A DNA stretch of 64,000 nucleotides, from NCBI RefSeq assembly GCF_026571515.1, contig NW_026864100.1:124001-188000 (forward strand). The letters run 5' to 3'. How positions within the stretch are numbered: the first letter of the stretch is position 1; each line of letters opens with the position of its first letter. A program made the translations under genes and the position numbers. The DNA comes from Ruditapes philippinarum (lineage: Eukaryota). This document shows positions 13,788 to 29,693 of the stretch, in pieces. The notes beneath the pieces were generated by a model. It was given only the letters and a program-made list of their open reading frames with translations. It ran no database searches and was not told where the DNA came from.

Positions 13788-14022
13788 GAGCCGTGTCATG
13801 ACAAAACCAACATAATGGGTTTGCGACCAGCATGGATCCAGACCAGCCTGCGCATCCGCGCAGTCTGATCAGGATCCATGCTGTTCGCTTACAAACCCTA
13901 TTACAAGTTGAGAAACTGATAGCGAACAGCATGGATCCTGATCAGACTGCGCGGATGCGCAGGCTGGTCTGGATCCATGCTGGTCGCAAACCCATTATGT
14001 TGGTTTTGTCGTGACACGGCTC
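13788..14022. mobile_element. Palindromic ~235-bp MITE (Sola-like), copy 1
   Basis: ~100-bp TIRs, GAG...CTC termini, AWWT flanks (atat/aatt). Confidence 0.9.
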
Positions 14023-14569
14023 AATTATAAAGGACAGTTCAAAAAATTCAGTACAAGTAAAGTTAAGCTGTAGTTTGGTCTAAAGCTGAACAGTGACATT
14101 TAGATGAGTTTATCAAGTGATGGAATAAATGCATGTTTGTGACGGAAGTCGTGCTGCCTGGGAACTCTCAAATTAATACAGATGTTGATCAACACTTCTC
14201 AATGACGTGAGTCAATAATAGCGTTTACAGGAAATATTGAATAACAATTGTACGGTGTTGTCCCAGTGCAGTTGAAAAACAATCATTTTCTAAGGTATGC
14301 GCAACGGAAGTGACAAATGAAAAATGCTCAGCAAACAGAGTGACATATCGCATTCTATTCTGCGAGAGTTGATGATATTTAGATTGATGAAAGTAATTGT
14401 AGAGTATAATTGATTAGATATGATTATTAAGCTGGACAGTGATATAAAAGAAAGCCACACTTAAGTGGCCGGACAGAATACAACAAACTCTGGTACAGTA
14501 AATTGTGATTCAAAATAAAACTTGTTTTCAAAACTGAATGGAATTCACATGCATGTATTGTGGAAAAAC

Positions 14570-15613
14570 ATGTCAAACTCTACAAATGGATCACGACGAA
14601 GTGACCTTGGATTTATTGCTGACCAGCTTGACCTTTATGCACCGCCAATTTTAATTTTGATTGGAGTAACATGTAACAGTCTGGTTATAGTAATCATGAG
14701 AACCCGTTATTTTAGTAATGTGTCAACATCACTTTACATGTGTTTTAATGCAATCGTTGATAATATTACACTTCTCGTAGCATTCCCCTTGCACTGGCTT
14801 CACGTGAGTTTTCCTGAGCTGATTTATAGAGGAGATTATGAAGATTACATATGCAAAGTAACATATTTCATAGGAGTGAGTACGAGTAATATGGGTATTG
14901 TTCTCACAGCGGCAATGACATTGGAGCGAGCTGTAGCTATAAAGTTTCCTCTTAAAGCTCCAAGTCTCTGTACGAAACGGAAGGCTAAATACGTCATGCT
15001 GGGACTTGTGATGTTTGTAGCATTAAAGGATATTCATTACCTTCTAAAGTCAAAAATGGTTCCTAAAGATTTTTTAGCATATCTTTGTGAAATTGACATA
15101 ACTAATAACATACTGCGGGTGTATGTGAACAGAGTTTGGCCCATTTCTCAGAACATATTTTTATTTCTATCCTTCTTCGTAATAATCTTTAGTAATTTGA
15201 TAATAACGAAAAGTGTTCGCGATGCTGACAAGGCCGCTTTCACTCTTCAATCTGAAGATATGAACGGCAGAAATATCAGAGCAACAAGTAATGGTCTTCA
15301 TAGAAAGTCGTCCAAGTCACGACAGCTTACTGTAATGTTGATACTGGACTCTGTCACGATCATGGTATGTACGCTACCGCTTGCATTATACGACATTATT
15401 CGGCCAGATTTCGTCGATGCTGATGTCGGACATATTGTATTTTGTGTGATATTCTACCTTGTGTATGTAAACAGATGCGCTAACTTTTTCCTGTATTGCA
15501 TTACGGGATCAAGGTTTCGTCAAGCGCTAAGGAGCATTTGCTGCGGTCGCCGTTTTGGAAGAAAAGACTCGATTTATTACATTCACCAGACAAGGGAGTC
15601 AATGTATCATTGA
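14570..15613 (+). CDS. Class A GPCR, peptide-receptor type (FMRFamide/sex-peptide receptor-like), intronless CDS
   Basis: Seven hydrophobic segments, N-glycosylation sites (NST, NGS), TM3 MTLERAVAIKFPL, TM6 CTLP, TM7 NRCANFFLYC..GSRFR. ATG at 14570 preferred over the TTG start in the ORF track. Confidence 0.92.
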   Translation: MSNSTNGSRRSDLGFIADQLDLYAPPILILIGVTCNSLVIVIMRTRYFSNVSTSLYMCFNAIVDNITLLVAFPLHWLHVSFPELIYRGDYEDYICKVTYFIGVSTSNMGIVLTAAMTLERAVAIKFPLKAPSLCTKRKAKYVMLGLVMFVALKDIHYLLKSKMVPKDFLAYLCEIDITNNILRVYVNRVWPISQNIFLFLSFFVIIFSNLIITKSVRDADKAAFTLQSEDMNGRNIRATSNGLHRKSSKSRQLTVMLILDSVTIMVCTLPLALYDIIRPDFVDADVGHIVFCVIFYLVYVNRCANFFLYCITGSRFRQALRSICCGRRFGRKDSIYYIHQTRESMYH

Positions 15614-18139
15614 AAATGAATTATGAATCAAACTTCTATCATCTTTAAAGGTGGCTTATGTAGATTTTTTTTAAATATAAGTGTATAAATATGTAATTGT
15701 ATGATTAAGATATACTTTTTATATTTTTTTTCCAAAAGGAATACAATAAAATAAAAGTTCGCGTCATTTATGTGTTCGTATACAAATAAATATCGACCAT
15801 TTTGGTTGTATTGTATTAGTCACATTACTTCATTTTATTGTAGCTTCATTTTGTCATTCATTAACTTTTGAAAATCGTAAGAATATTGTCTGTTGAATAA
15901 TACGCAGGGGGTTTAATGAAATATCCATGTATATAATGTTTAAGATCATACTGTGGCATATAATGTTCCAATTTTAGTGCATAAAATTAAAGCATTTGCT
16001 TTGGTATCATATGCCGTTTTATTATAATATTAGAAATTATTGTATTCAGTCCATGCTATCAACAAGCTGACAGATGTAGTTAGAAGCAGACAAGTGTAAC
16101 TTAAGCGGTTTGTTAAGAAAGTGTACTTTGACGACCTTATTTAGTAATGAGTAGTTGAGTAAGCTCCCTTTAATTACAATTAATTTCCTCTAGACATTTC
16201 CAAGAAGTTTTGTTATTACAAACTAATTCACAGTATCTTCTTATTTGTTCTCACAGAAAGAACATGAGATTTTTAATAAATAATTTTGATGTCTGCTTTT
16301 TTTCTTCATATAGCTTAAAATTTTCAACATTGTAATTTAACCTTTTTGTGTTTCACTGAAATGCCATTAGGGGTCGTAATTCTTGAATGAGGTTTGATAT
16401 ATTTTATATATTGTTAGCTCGGAACAATTAGAATTTTATAAAACTCGTACTTGCTGTCTATCATGTTATTTACCTTTATCCATAACTTCGACAGATCATT
16501 CTATTACATGTATATACATCAATGAGAAATGTATCACAGTACTAGTGCCACCGATTTTGTAAATACAATAAACATGTGTTCTGTGACATCAAAAGTGAAC
16601 TCAGTTTTCTAACCCGGCGAATAAATAAGAGTTTGTAATATGTTAAGTTACCAGATCAATACATTGAAGAGCTATAAATATTCATCAGCAATTATGATAT
16701 GATGTGATATGATATCTAATAAAAGTGCCATAATAAAATTGATGTTTGAGATATTTTTTAATTATACATTTTATCATTTGATCATTGATAAAACTGATAT
16801 GTTCATTAATTCATAATTCGTTTATGTACTCTTTCAGTGTAACTGTGTAATTGTAAACATACGATGCAAATTTCCCATATGGTTTGAACATGAAAATAAT
16901 TCTCGATATTGCCCGAGAGATGATTTTGTGAAAGATTTATCTTTTTTATTGATTTCGTTCACTGAGTTATTGCACGAAACTAGGTACAGGCGTCTTATTC
17001 GGGAACTCAAAATGGAAACTTGAATAATTTAGTTTTTCCTGTAAATAAGAAAGTATGACTATTTCAATAATATTTGTATATATTTATCACCCTCTACTTA
17101 CGTGTAAGTGATACCGTAGTAAGAAAAGAAAGATAAACTTTTCGCTAATAGAGTTAAAATATTCAAAATGGCAATTAAATGCTGATGCCAATATATTGCT
17201 TAAATGATATGTGTTATTTAAAACATAGCATCTAAAATAAAATGAATTTTTTCAAACATTTTCATACAATATAAGAAGTCTTTCACTGGATTAAATATGA
17301 TAAATAACATTTGTTAATGATACCGTAATACTATGGTCTTAGATAAGGCCGACATTGTGTCAATAATTGAGTAAATTTTATACATTAACTATACACTAAA
17401 ATACTCCTGAACGAACTGATTCAAACAACAATTCATAAAATTTTAAGCCTGTAAATATGCATGTAGAAAAGTCCATATACTTTTGTTAAGGTACAAAAAG
17501 CAGTTTTCGCTGTCGAGTTTGCACCGCAAAAATGTCACCACTCTATTCCTTAAAAGTTAATTTTGAAGCACAAAGTGGTGATAATTTACCTCCTTGTAAT
17601 TTCCACGGAGTATTAGCCAAATATATGATTTTTGAGCCGCAAGTAGGACACCGTACACCTAAACGTACAGTAACCAGTGGCAGTACTAAAGGAGGTTAGC
17701 CTAGTGTGAGTGATTTTTTAGAAAAAAAAATCTTGTTCTTTCCAAATTGTTCTGCAAAAGTGCAAAATGATCTATTTCTAAAGACAATCTCTAGGTTTAG
17801 ATAAAAATAAAAAAATAGCCCCGAACACTCCCAGAACAACTGCATTAGCAAATGTAAGTTGGACAAGTAATATGTAATTCTTGTGTTAAAGACATAAAAG
17901 GATCAATCTGATATTTCTGAGCAACGATTAAACAAGGTTAACCACTTACTAAGACATATACAGTGAAGATTCACGATAAATTAAGTTACTTGAATCTTGT
18001 TCATAACACGTATATACAATAACTAAACTATAATTAAATTGCTCTATCATTAACTAGGCCAATCTAAATATGAAACAAAATGTTTTAATAAGTGAATTTC
18101 CATTATTAAAATACTCTCTCAAGTCATAAAATGCAATTT

Positions 18140-18372
18140 GAGCCGCGTCATGACAAAACCAACATAATGGGTTTGCGACCAGCATGGATCCAGACCAGCC
18201 TGCGCATCCGCGCAGTCTGATCAGGATCCATGCTGTTTGCTTACAAACCCTAACAAGTAGAGAAACTGATAGCGAACAGCATGGATCCTGATCAGACTGC
18301 GCCGATGCGCAGTCTGGTCTGGATCCATGCTGGTCGCAAACCCATTATGTTGGTTTTGTCGTGACACGGCTC
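18140..18372. mobile_element. Palindromic Sola-like MITE, copy 2
   Basis: Near-identical to copy 1; perfect attt/attt TSD. Confidence 0.9.
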
Positions 18373-20337
18373 ATTTCTCAATTGAAACATGTTAAATTAC
18401 GTGTTTCGTGTTTGAGGGAGAATTAGAATTAGATTATCGAAGAATGGCAACGATGTGAATGCACAAAAAAGCATACAAGAAATTTTAAAATGAACTTCAT
18501 CAAATAATGCTGACAATGCAATTGTGTAGGAAATGAGGTTTGCAGTATTCAAGAGCATGTGTTAAAAATAATGCAAATTATACATTATCTTTACTAGTAG
18601 TTGTTTTATCATTACAAACTTATGTCTTACACATTCACTCGTGCCAGTGGTTTTGAATACATTAACTGTTAGTATAAGTACTCATAATGGCATGATCAAA
18701 TCACTTTTAAATTGTCACGTCGTTGTATAAAGAGTGAATTTGGTATGTAATAAGACATTTTCGACAATCTAAATATAGTGCAGACGACAAAATTTGTCAA
18801 GCAATGGATCAAGGTATTGTGATGATAGATGTTCAAGATTTAAAAATTCTGTGCGGCTTAAATTATTTCAATATTTAGTTTGAAGCATATCAAAAAATGA
18901 TATCAATTTCAGGTTTGTACTGTTTATCATTTAGTGTACATTGTCAAGCAAGACAACTTCATTTATCAATTTTCGTCTTTCGTGTAGTCTTATTAAAGCA
19001 ATATTTTGTTGTATTTTAAGAATCATATTTGTAGCAATTGTTCACATGCGCACGAAAGACAACGCTACACTATTTTGACATATTTTTGTTATAAATAATA
19101 ACCTTATATATGACAAAGATGAATAATGTTAAATATTGCAGTAAAAACGTTCTGAATAGTAATTTGAAAATTGTAAGAAATTTGTTTTTCTTGCATAACC
19201 ATTCTGCGACTTTTACAATAAAAATATAGGACGTAATTCAGGAACTGATCCATAAATCCACACATTTTGTATAGAAAGGTTACTTTAGCTACTTATAAAT
19301 TTACTGAAAAATAAAAACATTACTAAAAATTCATCGTCATGTTCATCGTCAATTTATTTGACAAATGATTTTGTGTTAAATACCACAAGAAAGTGTGTTT
19401 ACCTTTTACTTATAAGGCCGGTTTAAGTTTAATGAATCACTTTAGTTTTAAAAAATAAATACTGTGGTATGAAGATCATCTGGCTCACATTTTACTTCGT
19501 TAAAGAATGAACACATTAGAAAATTATAATAAAATTATTTAAAAGACATCTTATTTTTGAAATTTTATGTTTTAAATAACAGTAGATAAAATGCTTGTCG
19601 GGATTGGCGTATTTCATTTGTTTTAATTTTATTTATCGAGCGTTTATGCATTTAAAATTTATCAGTTCATGGTCCACGTCCCCCCAGCACCGGCTTATGA
19701 AGAATGCTACAATTTTACATGAATATGATAAAATTCTGAATTTACAAAACATCCGTAGATGTGTTCCATATTATCTGGGATGTACTATATGTATCGTATG
19801 TTCCAGATATTATCGAGCCTTCAATGTCATACGTTAATGCCATTCCATGAAAAAGAGACTTTTAGTCAAAAGGTAAAAGAGCAGAACAAATTGAAAAGGA
19901 ATTAGAGGTTATTAAGTCTGCATATTACCGACAAGATATTAAAATACTTATTTAAAAAGCGGGCAAAAAGGGTTATCTGACAGAAAAAAAATGTTGTACG
20001 ATCTTTAAGAATAAAAAATGTAAGATATGTGTTTGTATGAACGGGTCAATGTTCTTACAGCCTCCCCGTGCAACGCTGATTCAGCAATAAGATAAGAAAA
20101 TGGACACCTTAAGAACGCCAAAAAACAGCAAAATTAAGAATGCCGCAGACTAGGACTTATTGAGCATGTTCATACACGTTAGTAGTGGTTACAGGCCACT
20201 GTCCATGCCTCGAGCACCAATTCAACTTTCTATAAGTATTTTTTTTTAAATTATATTATGACAATATAATCGAGTTTCTGTATGCATTCTTTAGTACATT
20301 GCCAAACTAGGTGCCTGTTGTTTTATATTTGATTTAG

Positions 20338-22425
<2,088 letters not shown>

Positions 22426-23464
22426 AAACAGATCACAAATTATTTGTATTGTTTCTAGTGCATTTATCTCAATTAACTGAGGCTTATAATCTAAAAATTA
22501 CAAGTTCTTACCTCAGAAACTGTTTGAATATTCATTGTTTATGTATACTTTGTGGTTGTCATTTCAGAAAGTATTTATCTGAACGTTTTAATATGTACAT
22601 TTTAATACTTTATGACTGTGTGAAATAAACCAATACAAATGAAATAAACCGTTTCAAGTTCTTCACAATTTAGAAAAAAAACCTTATGTGTTTGCAAAAA
22701 AAAAACACAACACTAAGGCAAACAATGAAGAACAAATTATGTAAGCGGTGCAACTCCAATTCCATATAGATTGCGTGATAGATCTTAATGACTGGCTGAT
22801 TTTCCTGGCTGAATTACGTTAGTTACTGCATTCAATAATGAAAATGAAGTAGTCCTTTTATTGTTTCTCATTTATTATTTGCCTTTTTATTAAATGGGAT
22901 CCTAAACTTACAAGACGATACTTTGGGAAAACTTAAGATGTCTAATTCGCCTATTTCAAAATTATACATGTGGTGTGATAATGTGTTATATTAAATCTAT
23001 TCCTCATCAGCAAATAAATACAGTACATATTTCAAGCAATCTGTTTCTTTTTTCTACAAGTTTGTATTATGATGTGCGCATTATTTTTGTATATCCAGGA
23101 GGCTTAAAAATCAGGAAACAGTATGAAATAAAGAAAAAACATTTTGAATTAATATATGATAGATGTTATAATCTGTTTCAAAGATTGAAAATTTTATCAT
23201 TCAGTTTTTTTAATGCTAATTAATTCTCATTTATGTATTTATTCAGATAGTGTTATGTGTGCAAGAATATTTTGGAAACCAGGCAACATGCCTGGCGAGA
23301 AAACAAATTAATTTCAAGATCATAACATGTATGCTGTAAAATATTTTTGAAAACGAAGCAAAATATCAAGAAAAATATTATCTTTCATTTAATATACCTG
23401 CGGTATAATATTTATAAGTGATTTTTTAGTAGTTTCGGCAGCAATAGAACTAGAAAATTCATGT

Positions 23465-23566
23465 TGAGCGTCGCCATGTTTTAGAATTGTAGTTTTTCCG
23501 TCACGTGATAGAGTAAGAACATATTCTGTTTATACACCACGAATCAATCGGAGGGAAAAGTGCCCG
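23465..23566 (+). promoter_or_regulatory. Putative promoter / first non-coding exon
   Basis: YY1-like cgccatgtt, E-box gtcacgtga, local CpG enrichment, donor ccg|gtaatt at 23566/7. Confidence 0.35.
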
Positions 23567-23938
23567 GTAATTCAACATTGAATTTCAATAAATGTTTCGA
23601 ACCATCGTGTATCACTGACCGGTCAATGTCTCGGGCTTTTAGGTTCATTTCCTTCGTACACTCGGCCACCCATTGCCTACTAATTTACTCTAATAGAATT
23701 ATTGTAAAAAAATAAAAGGATGAAAATAAGTTTGACGTGAAAAAAACTTTATAGACACAACTATTTCGGATACTTCCTATTGATATGTGCCTTATTCTAA
23801 ACATGAAATTCAATTTAATGTGGTCGTAGTAAAATTATCTTTTTTTTTCATGAGAAACTTTTCATAGTGGCTGTCAGGAATACACATTTTCCATATTTGA
23901 CAAGGAAATACTGCTCGTGTAATAAAATAAATTAATAT

Positions 23939-24173
23939 GAGCCGTGCCACGACAAAACCAACATAATGGGTTTGCGACCAGCATGGATCCAGACCAGCCT
24001 GCGCATCTGCGCAGTCTGATCAGGATCTATGCTGTTCGTTTACAAACCCTATAACAAGTAGAGAAACTGATAGCGAACAGCATGGATCCTGATCAGACAG
24101 TGCGGATGCGCAGGCTGGTCTGGATACATGCTGGTCGCAAACCCATTATGTTGGTTTTGTCATGGCGCGGCTC
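23939..24173. mobile_element. Palindromic Sola-like MITE, copy 3
   Basis: Near-identical to copies 1 and 2. Confidence 0.9.
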
Positions 24174-24384
24174 AATTATGTAATAAAATGAAAATGATAA
24201 ATTGTTTGGCATATTTCTTCCTTCATTTACATTAATTTTATATTCATTTTACTCAGATATTTAGAATCAAAGTTTATTAACGATCATTAGATTGTTACGG
24301 CTGACTTGTATGAGGTAAGTGAAAGGCACGAAGATATAATTTAGGAAGAACCATCGGCCATCAAAGGCCAGCTAAATGCTTCTT

Positions 24385-25761
24385 TGATGACGCTGTTAAT
24401 GTCGATGTTGACGATAGGGATGATGATTACGACGACAATGATGTTGATGACGATGTTGATGACACTGAGGATAATGTTTATGACGCCTATGATGATGATG
24501 TTGATGATAATGATGACACTGAGGATAATGTTTATGACGCCTATGATGATGATGTTGATGATAATGATGACACTGAGGAAAATGTTTATGACGCCAATGA
24601 TGATGATGATGATGATGTTGATGACACTGAGGACAATGTTTATGACGCCTATGATAATGATGAGGAGGACACTGAGGGTAATGTTTATGACGCCTATGAT
24701 GATGAAGATGATGATGATGTGATGATGATGACACTGAGGATAATGTTTATGACGCCTTGATGATGATGATGACACCGAGGATAATGTTTATGATGCCTCT
24801 GATGATGATGATGACGACACTGAATACAATGTTTATGACGCCTATGATGATGATGTTGATGATGATGACACTGAGGATAATGTTTATGACGCCTTTGATG
24901 ATGATGATGACACCGAGGATAATGTTTATAACGCCTATGATGATTATGATGACACTGAGGGTAATGTTTATGACGCCTATGATGATGATGATGATGACTA
25001 CGAGGATAATGTTTATGACGCCTTTGATGATGATGATGATGACACTGAGGATAATGTTTATGAACGCCTATGATGATGATGATGACACTGAGGATAATGT
25101 TTATGACGCCTATGATGATGATGATGACACCGAGGATAATGTTTATCACGCTATGATGATGATGATGACACCAAGTATAATGTTTATGACGCCTATGATG
25201 ATGATGTTGATGATGATGACACTGAGGATAATGTTTATGACGCCTATGATGATGATGATGATGACACTGAGGATAATGTTTATGACGCCTATGATGATGA
25301 TGATGACACTGAGGATAATGTTTATGACGCCTTTGATGATGATGATGACACCAAGGATAATGTTTATGACGCCTATGATGATTATGATGACACTGAGGGT
25401 AATGTTTATGACGCCTATGATGATGATGATGATGACTACGAGGATAATGTTTATGACGCCTATGATGATGATGATGACACTGAGGATAATGTTTATGACG
25501 CCTATGATGATGATGATGACACTGAGGATAATGTTTATGACGCCTATGATGATGATTATGACACTGAGGATAATGTTTATGACGCCTATGATGATGATGA
25601 TGATGACACTGAGGGTAATGTTTATGACGCCTATGATGATGATGATGACACCAAGGATAATGTTTATGACGCCTTTGATGATGATTATGATGACACTGAG
25701 GGTAATGTTTATGACGCCTATGATGATGATGATGACACCAAGGATAATGTTTATGACGCCT

Positions 25762-25795
<34 letters not shown>

Positions 25796-26345
25796 GGACA
25801 CTGAGGGTAATGTTTATGACGCCTATGATGATGAAGATGATGATGATGTTGATGACACTGATGATAATGTTTATGACGACAATGATGATGATGATGACAC
25901 TGATGATAATGTTTATGACGCCTATGATGATGATGATGATGACACTGAGGATAATGTTTATGACGCCTTTGATGATGATTATGATGACACTGAGGGTAAT
26001 GTTTATGACGCCTATGATGATGATGATGACACCAAGGATAATGTTTATGACGCCTTTGATGATGATTATGATGACACTGAGGGTAATGTTTATGACGCCT
26101 ATGATGATGATGATGACACCAAGGATAATGTTTATGACGCCTTTGATGATGATGATGATGACACTGAGGATAATGTTTATGATGCCTATGATGATGATGA
26201 TGACTACGAGCATAATGTTTATGATGCCTATGATGATGATGATGATGATGATGACACTGAGGAAAATGTTTATGATGCCTATGATGATGATGATGGTGGT
26301 GGTGATGATGATGATGATGATGATAATGATGATGATGATAACGTG
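24385..26345. repeat. (GAT)n-derived compound minisatellite, ~39-48-bp unit
   Basis: Unit (GAT)n-GACACTGAGGATAATGTTTATGACGCCTAT, roughly 40 copies. Confidence 0.95.
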
Positions 26346-27860
26346 ATGTTGATTTTTATGACAACGTTCAACGTTTATGAAAATAATGAAATATGCTTTA
26401 AACATTTCATCACAGAGTTTATTAGTTAAAGATCTTATCTATTGAAGAATACAGTCATTTTAAACATAAAATTCATTTTTTGAAGAAGAAAAAAGATTGT
26501 CAGCTTACATATTTCAATCACCTAATTTGTAATATTGTAGAAAATACATTTTGATGATTCATCATTTAATGTACCTATATTCAAGTACAATTATATACTT
26601 AAAATGCTTAGATAACAATTAACACAAAAATCATTATCTCCTGTTCACCGGCCAACAACCTAACATGGCTATTGTATAGTTTTGTTTAGTTAGGCCACCT
26701 GGACTATTGGATGGATGGCTATTAAAAGTATATTGATCAGATAATGGTTTCTAATGAAAGTGATAATATTTAATATTTTACAAATTATCACAAATAATAA
26801 ACAGAATTCTAGTTAGTTAGGTACAGGGAAGGCACAAGTTTGATATGAACGCCTGAAATGGATAATTTGTAAGGTATAAACATGTTTCATATTTAGATAT
26901 TATCTACATTAAATTTGAAAATACATGTATTTTGAGGCGACATTTTGTCTAGTCAACTATACGGTAAAAAATTAACGGATGATTTTCTATACTATTTAAA
27001 CTACCTTTATGAAAATAGAATTAATTTTCGACAATATATTATACGCTATAAGTTGCTTATTCCATATCCATTAGATTATAATTTAAGATTGCTCTATTAC
27101 TTTGAATTTACCTTACATAAAACGAACCCTATAAATAAATTTATTGCTATTTAAAAAAAATATATATATGGCATTTCTAATATTAAAATGATGAATAATG
27201 TGGTGCTAAAATATGATAAAAGCAATGACAACACACAGATCATTTTTATACTTTTCATATTAGATATTTCAGGCGATGTGAAATGTTTATCATTTCTTTG
27301 CATAATTTACGATGCCTTAGCTAAATATGAAAGTGCTGGGGAAAATTATAAACAAATTAAATTTAAATTGCAGCTTGAGGTAAAATATCAAACTATCATA
27401 AGAAAGATCTTAAATGAACTTGCATTTGTACATTTTCATTTTTAATATATTTATTATCAAAAAATGCCTGCGAGTGAAACAAGGGTTGTTACATATGCAT
27501 TTTTGATCAACTAAAATTGAAATATTTTAAACAGTCATGTATAATTATATTTATAACCATATGCACATATAACTGGTAATTAAAAAAACAATTAACACAG
27601 CAACTACGCACTGCTATGGCCAAATTCTTAGATTGGTAAAACAATGAATTGTTTTTGCTCATTTGAAATACAACATCATAAAAATCACTGTTCATCTGTC
27701 GCTGTCAGCTTAGTATGTCTTATTTTCCTCCAAGTCCTTTCTTTTTAAAACAGGTTAGTGTCATTCAGCATGTAATTGGAACTGTAATATTTCATTGGCT
27801 GAAAGACACAAAAAAAGCTCTGAATGTTATACCATCTGGGCCAAATCGATCCAATAAATC

Positions 27861-27940
27861 TAATAACTTGATTAAAGAACTAATAACTTGATTAAAGAAC
27901 TTATAACTTGATCAAGGAACACTTAACTTGATTAAAGAAT
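27861..27940. repeat. 20-bp tandem repeat x4
   Basis: taataacttgattaaagaac units. Confidence 0.85.
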
Positions 27941-29693
27941 TAAAAAAATCTTTATAAAAACATTTAAAAGTGGGAGAGCTTAGTTAAATTTCGTCACAAA
28001 GTCTTGACAGTTCTTTTTATATGTTGAACACAGCTTTAAAACGCATATATGATATATATGTTAATAAGTCTTTCATATATAGACAGTTAAAATAATTATG
28101 ACAAAAATAATCATTTGTATACAAGCCAAACTACTACTTAGTTTACATTTTGCTACATATGACTAATAATTTTACTTTCAGCGTTACATTCATTTGCCCT
28201 TTCTGAAGAAGGAAAAAATTATTTATTATTTAATTTACAATTATGTTAATAACATGTTAAAAACTATAACACATGCTCAGATTATGATCTTTTGTTAAGG
28301 TGACTTATAGGTCCTATGGGCCGGGTGTTCATCTTTGTGTATTTATGTGTATGTATATACGTATAACACATGTCACTATAATAAAGAATTTACTTACTTA
28401 TTTCTGAGGCAAAATGTGCCTTTCACTCCAAACTCTGGGTTGGAATTAAATGCTTGACTATATTGTTCATACTGATAGCATTTGATGCATCGCTAATTCA
28501 TTTACAGACATTTGAGAAACATTTCAGCACATTGGGGTCAGCCCTCGTACACGATGGTGAATAAGGAAATCGTTTGATTTCTTTGAATGCTAGTATACAT
28601 AAGCATGCAATAGTCTCTTGGCGAAGTATTTTCCAATATCATTTATAATAAGTCGAGTTGCGAAATCATACGTATAGTAAGTAAATCCGACATCTTTTTA
28701 TTGTGCCTAGATAAACACAATTTCGGTTATTGTTTTACAATAGGTTGGTTGTACATTGAGAGTTCCTTCATTGGGCACAAAGCATCGTTTGGGACACGAC
28801 ACAAATAAAAATTTTAAAAGTAAGTTTTCTTTTCTTTTATTGGTTTATATGAAATACAACGAATGTACAATTTTACACAATGACATAGGCAAGAAATGTA
28901 ATTAATTAGATTTATAATTATCTGAAATTTCACTTACGCTATTCCAAAAATGAAAAAATTCAAACTGTTTAATATTAAGTTCAGTTTCTGTAAATAGATA
29001 TAAATTTTATCCTTATTTTATTTTATCCTCGTTAACGGATATTTCTTCCGTAACCTTTAGCAATATTTGCATTGAAAATAATTTACTTAGTTGAAACTTT
29101 CGTTATTTCTTCTTTTTTTGCTTTCTTCGGAATTCATAGTGCATGCTTTAATTAGTAATAAATGAATATTTGTTTAATACTTTATTATGCTGAAAAAAGT
29201 TTTGATGTAGCAATTTTCAATTATATTTCGTTAAGGTTAATGCTTATTTTGTTAAATATGTTCATTTGTATGTTACATTTTTTACTTTTCCTCTTAGTTC
29301 AATTAAATACAACGCTGGAAAATTTTCTTTTCTCATTGTATGCTTTAGTTATTTAACTACAAAAGTTTAATTAGCCTTTCGCACTACGCATTATTTCCAA
29401 CATTGCTCAGCTGTTTTAAGATTCATTTAATTCAAATGTGATAAAAATCTAATTCAACATTTTCAGGTATTCCAGACATATAAACATGATGTAGCAAGAA
29501 AATTATGACAGTCCTACGGAGATCTAACTTAAATGGATAATTTTATCATTAAATTTTATCAACCGTTCGAACAAATTGAATAGCGGAGAGGTGAAAATTG
29601 TCTGTTATGTAACAAGTGTTTCTTAGCCATAAATTACTAGTTTCAAAGAATTTTTCAGGAACATTATTAACTAAAAGCGTTTTCAAACCAAAC

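Noticed and set aside
13702-14014. ORFs MDPDQPAHPRSLIRIH... (also at 52737-53082)
   Set aside because: They lie within the palindromic MITE
19847-19872. Candidate CDA exon 1 (ATG AAA AAG ... AG|gtaaaa)
   Set aside because: Phase 2 is incompatible with the phase-1 start of exon 20338
24341-26405. Met-rich 529-aa and Ile/His-rich ORFs
   Set aside because: Translation artefacts of (GAT)n repeats
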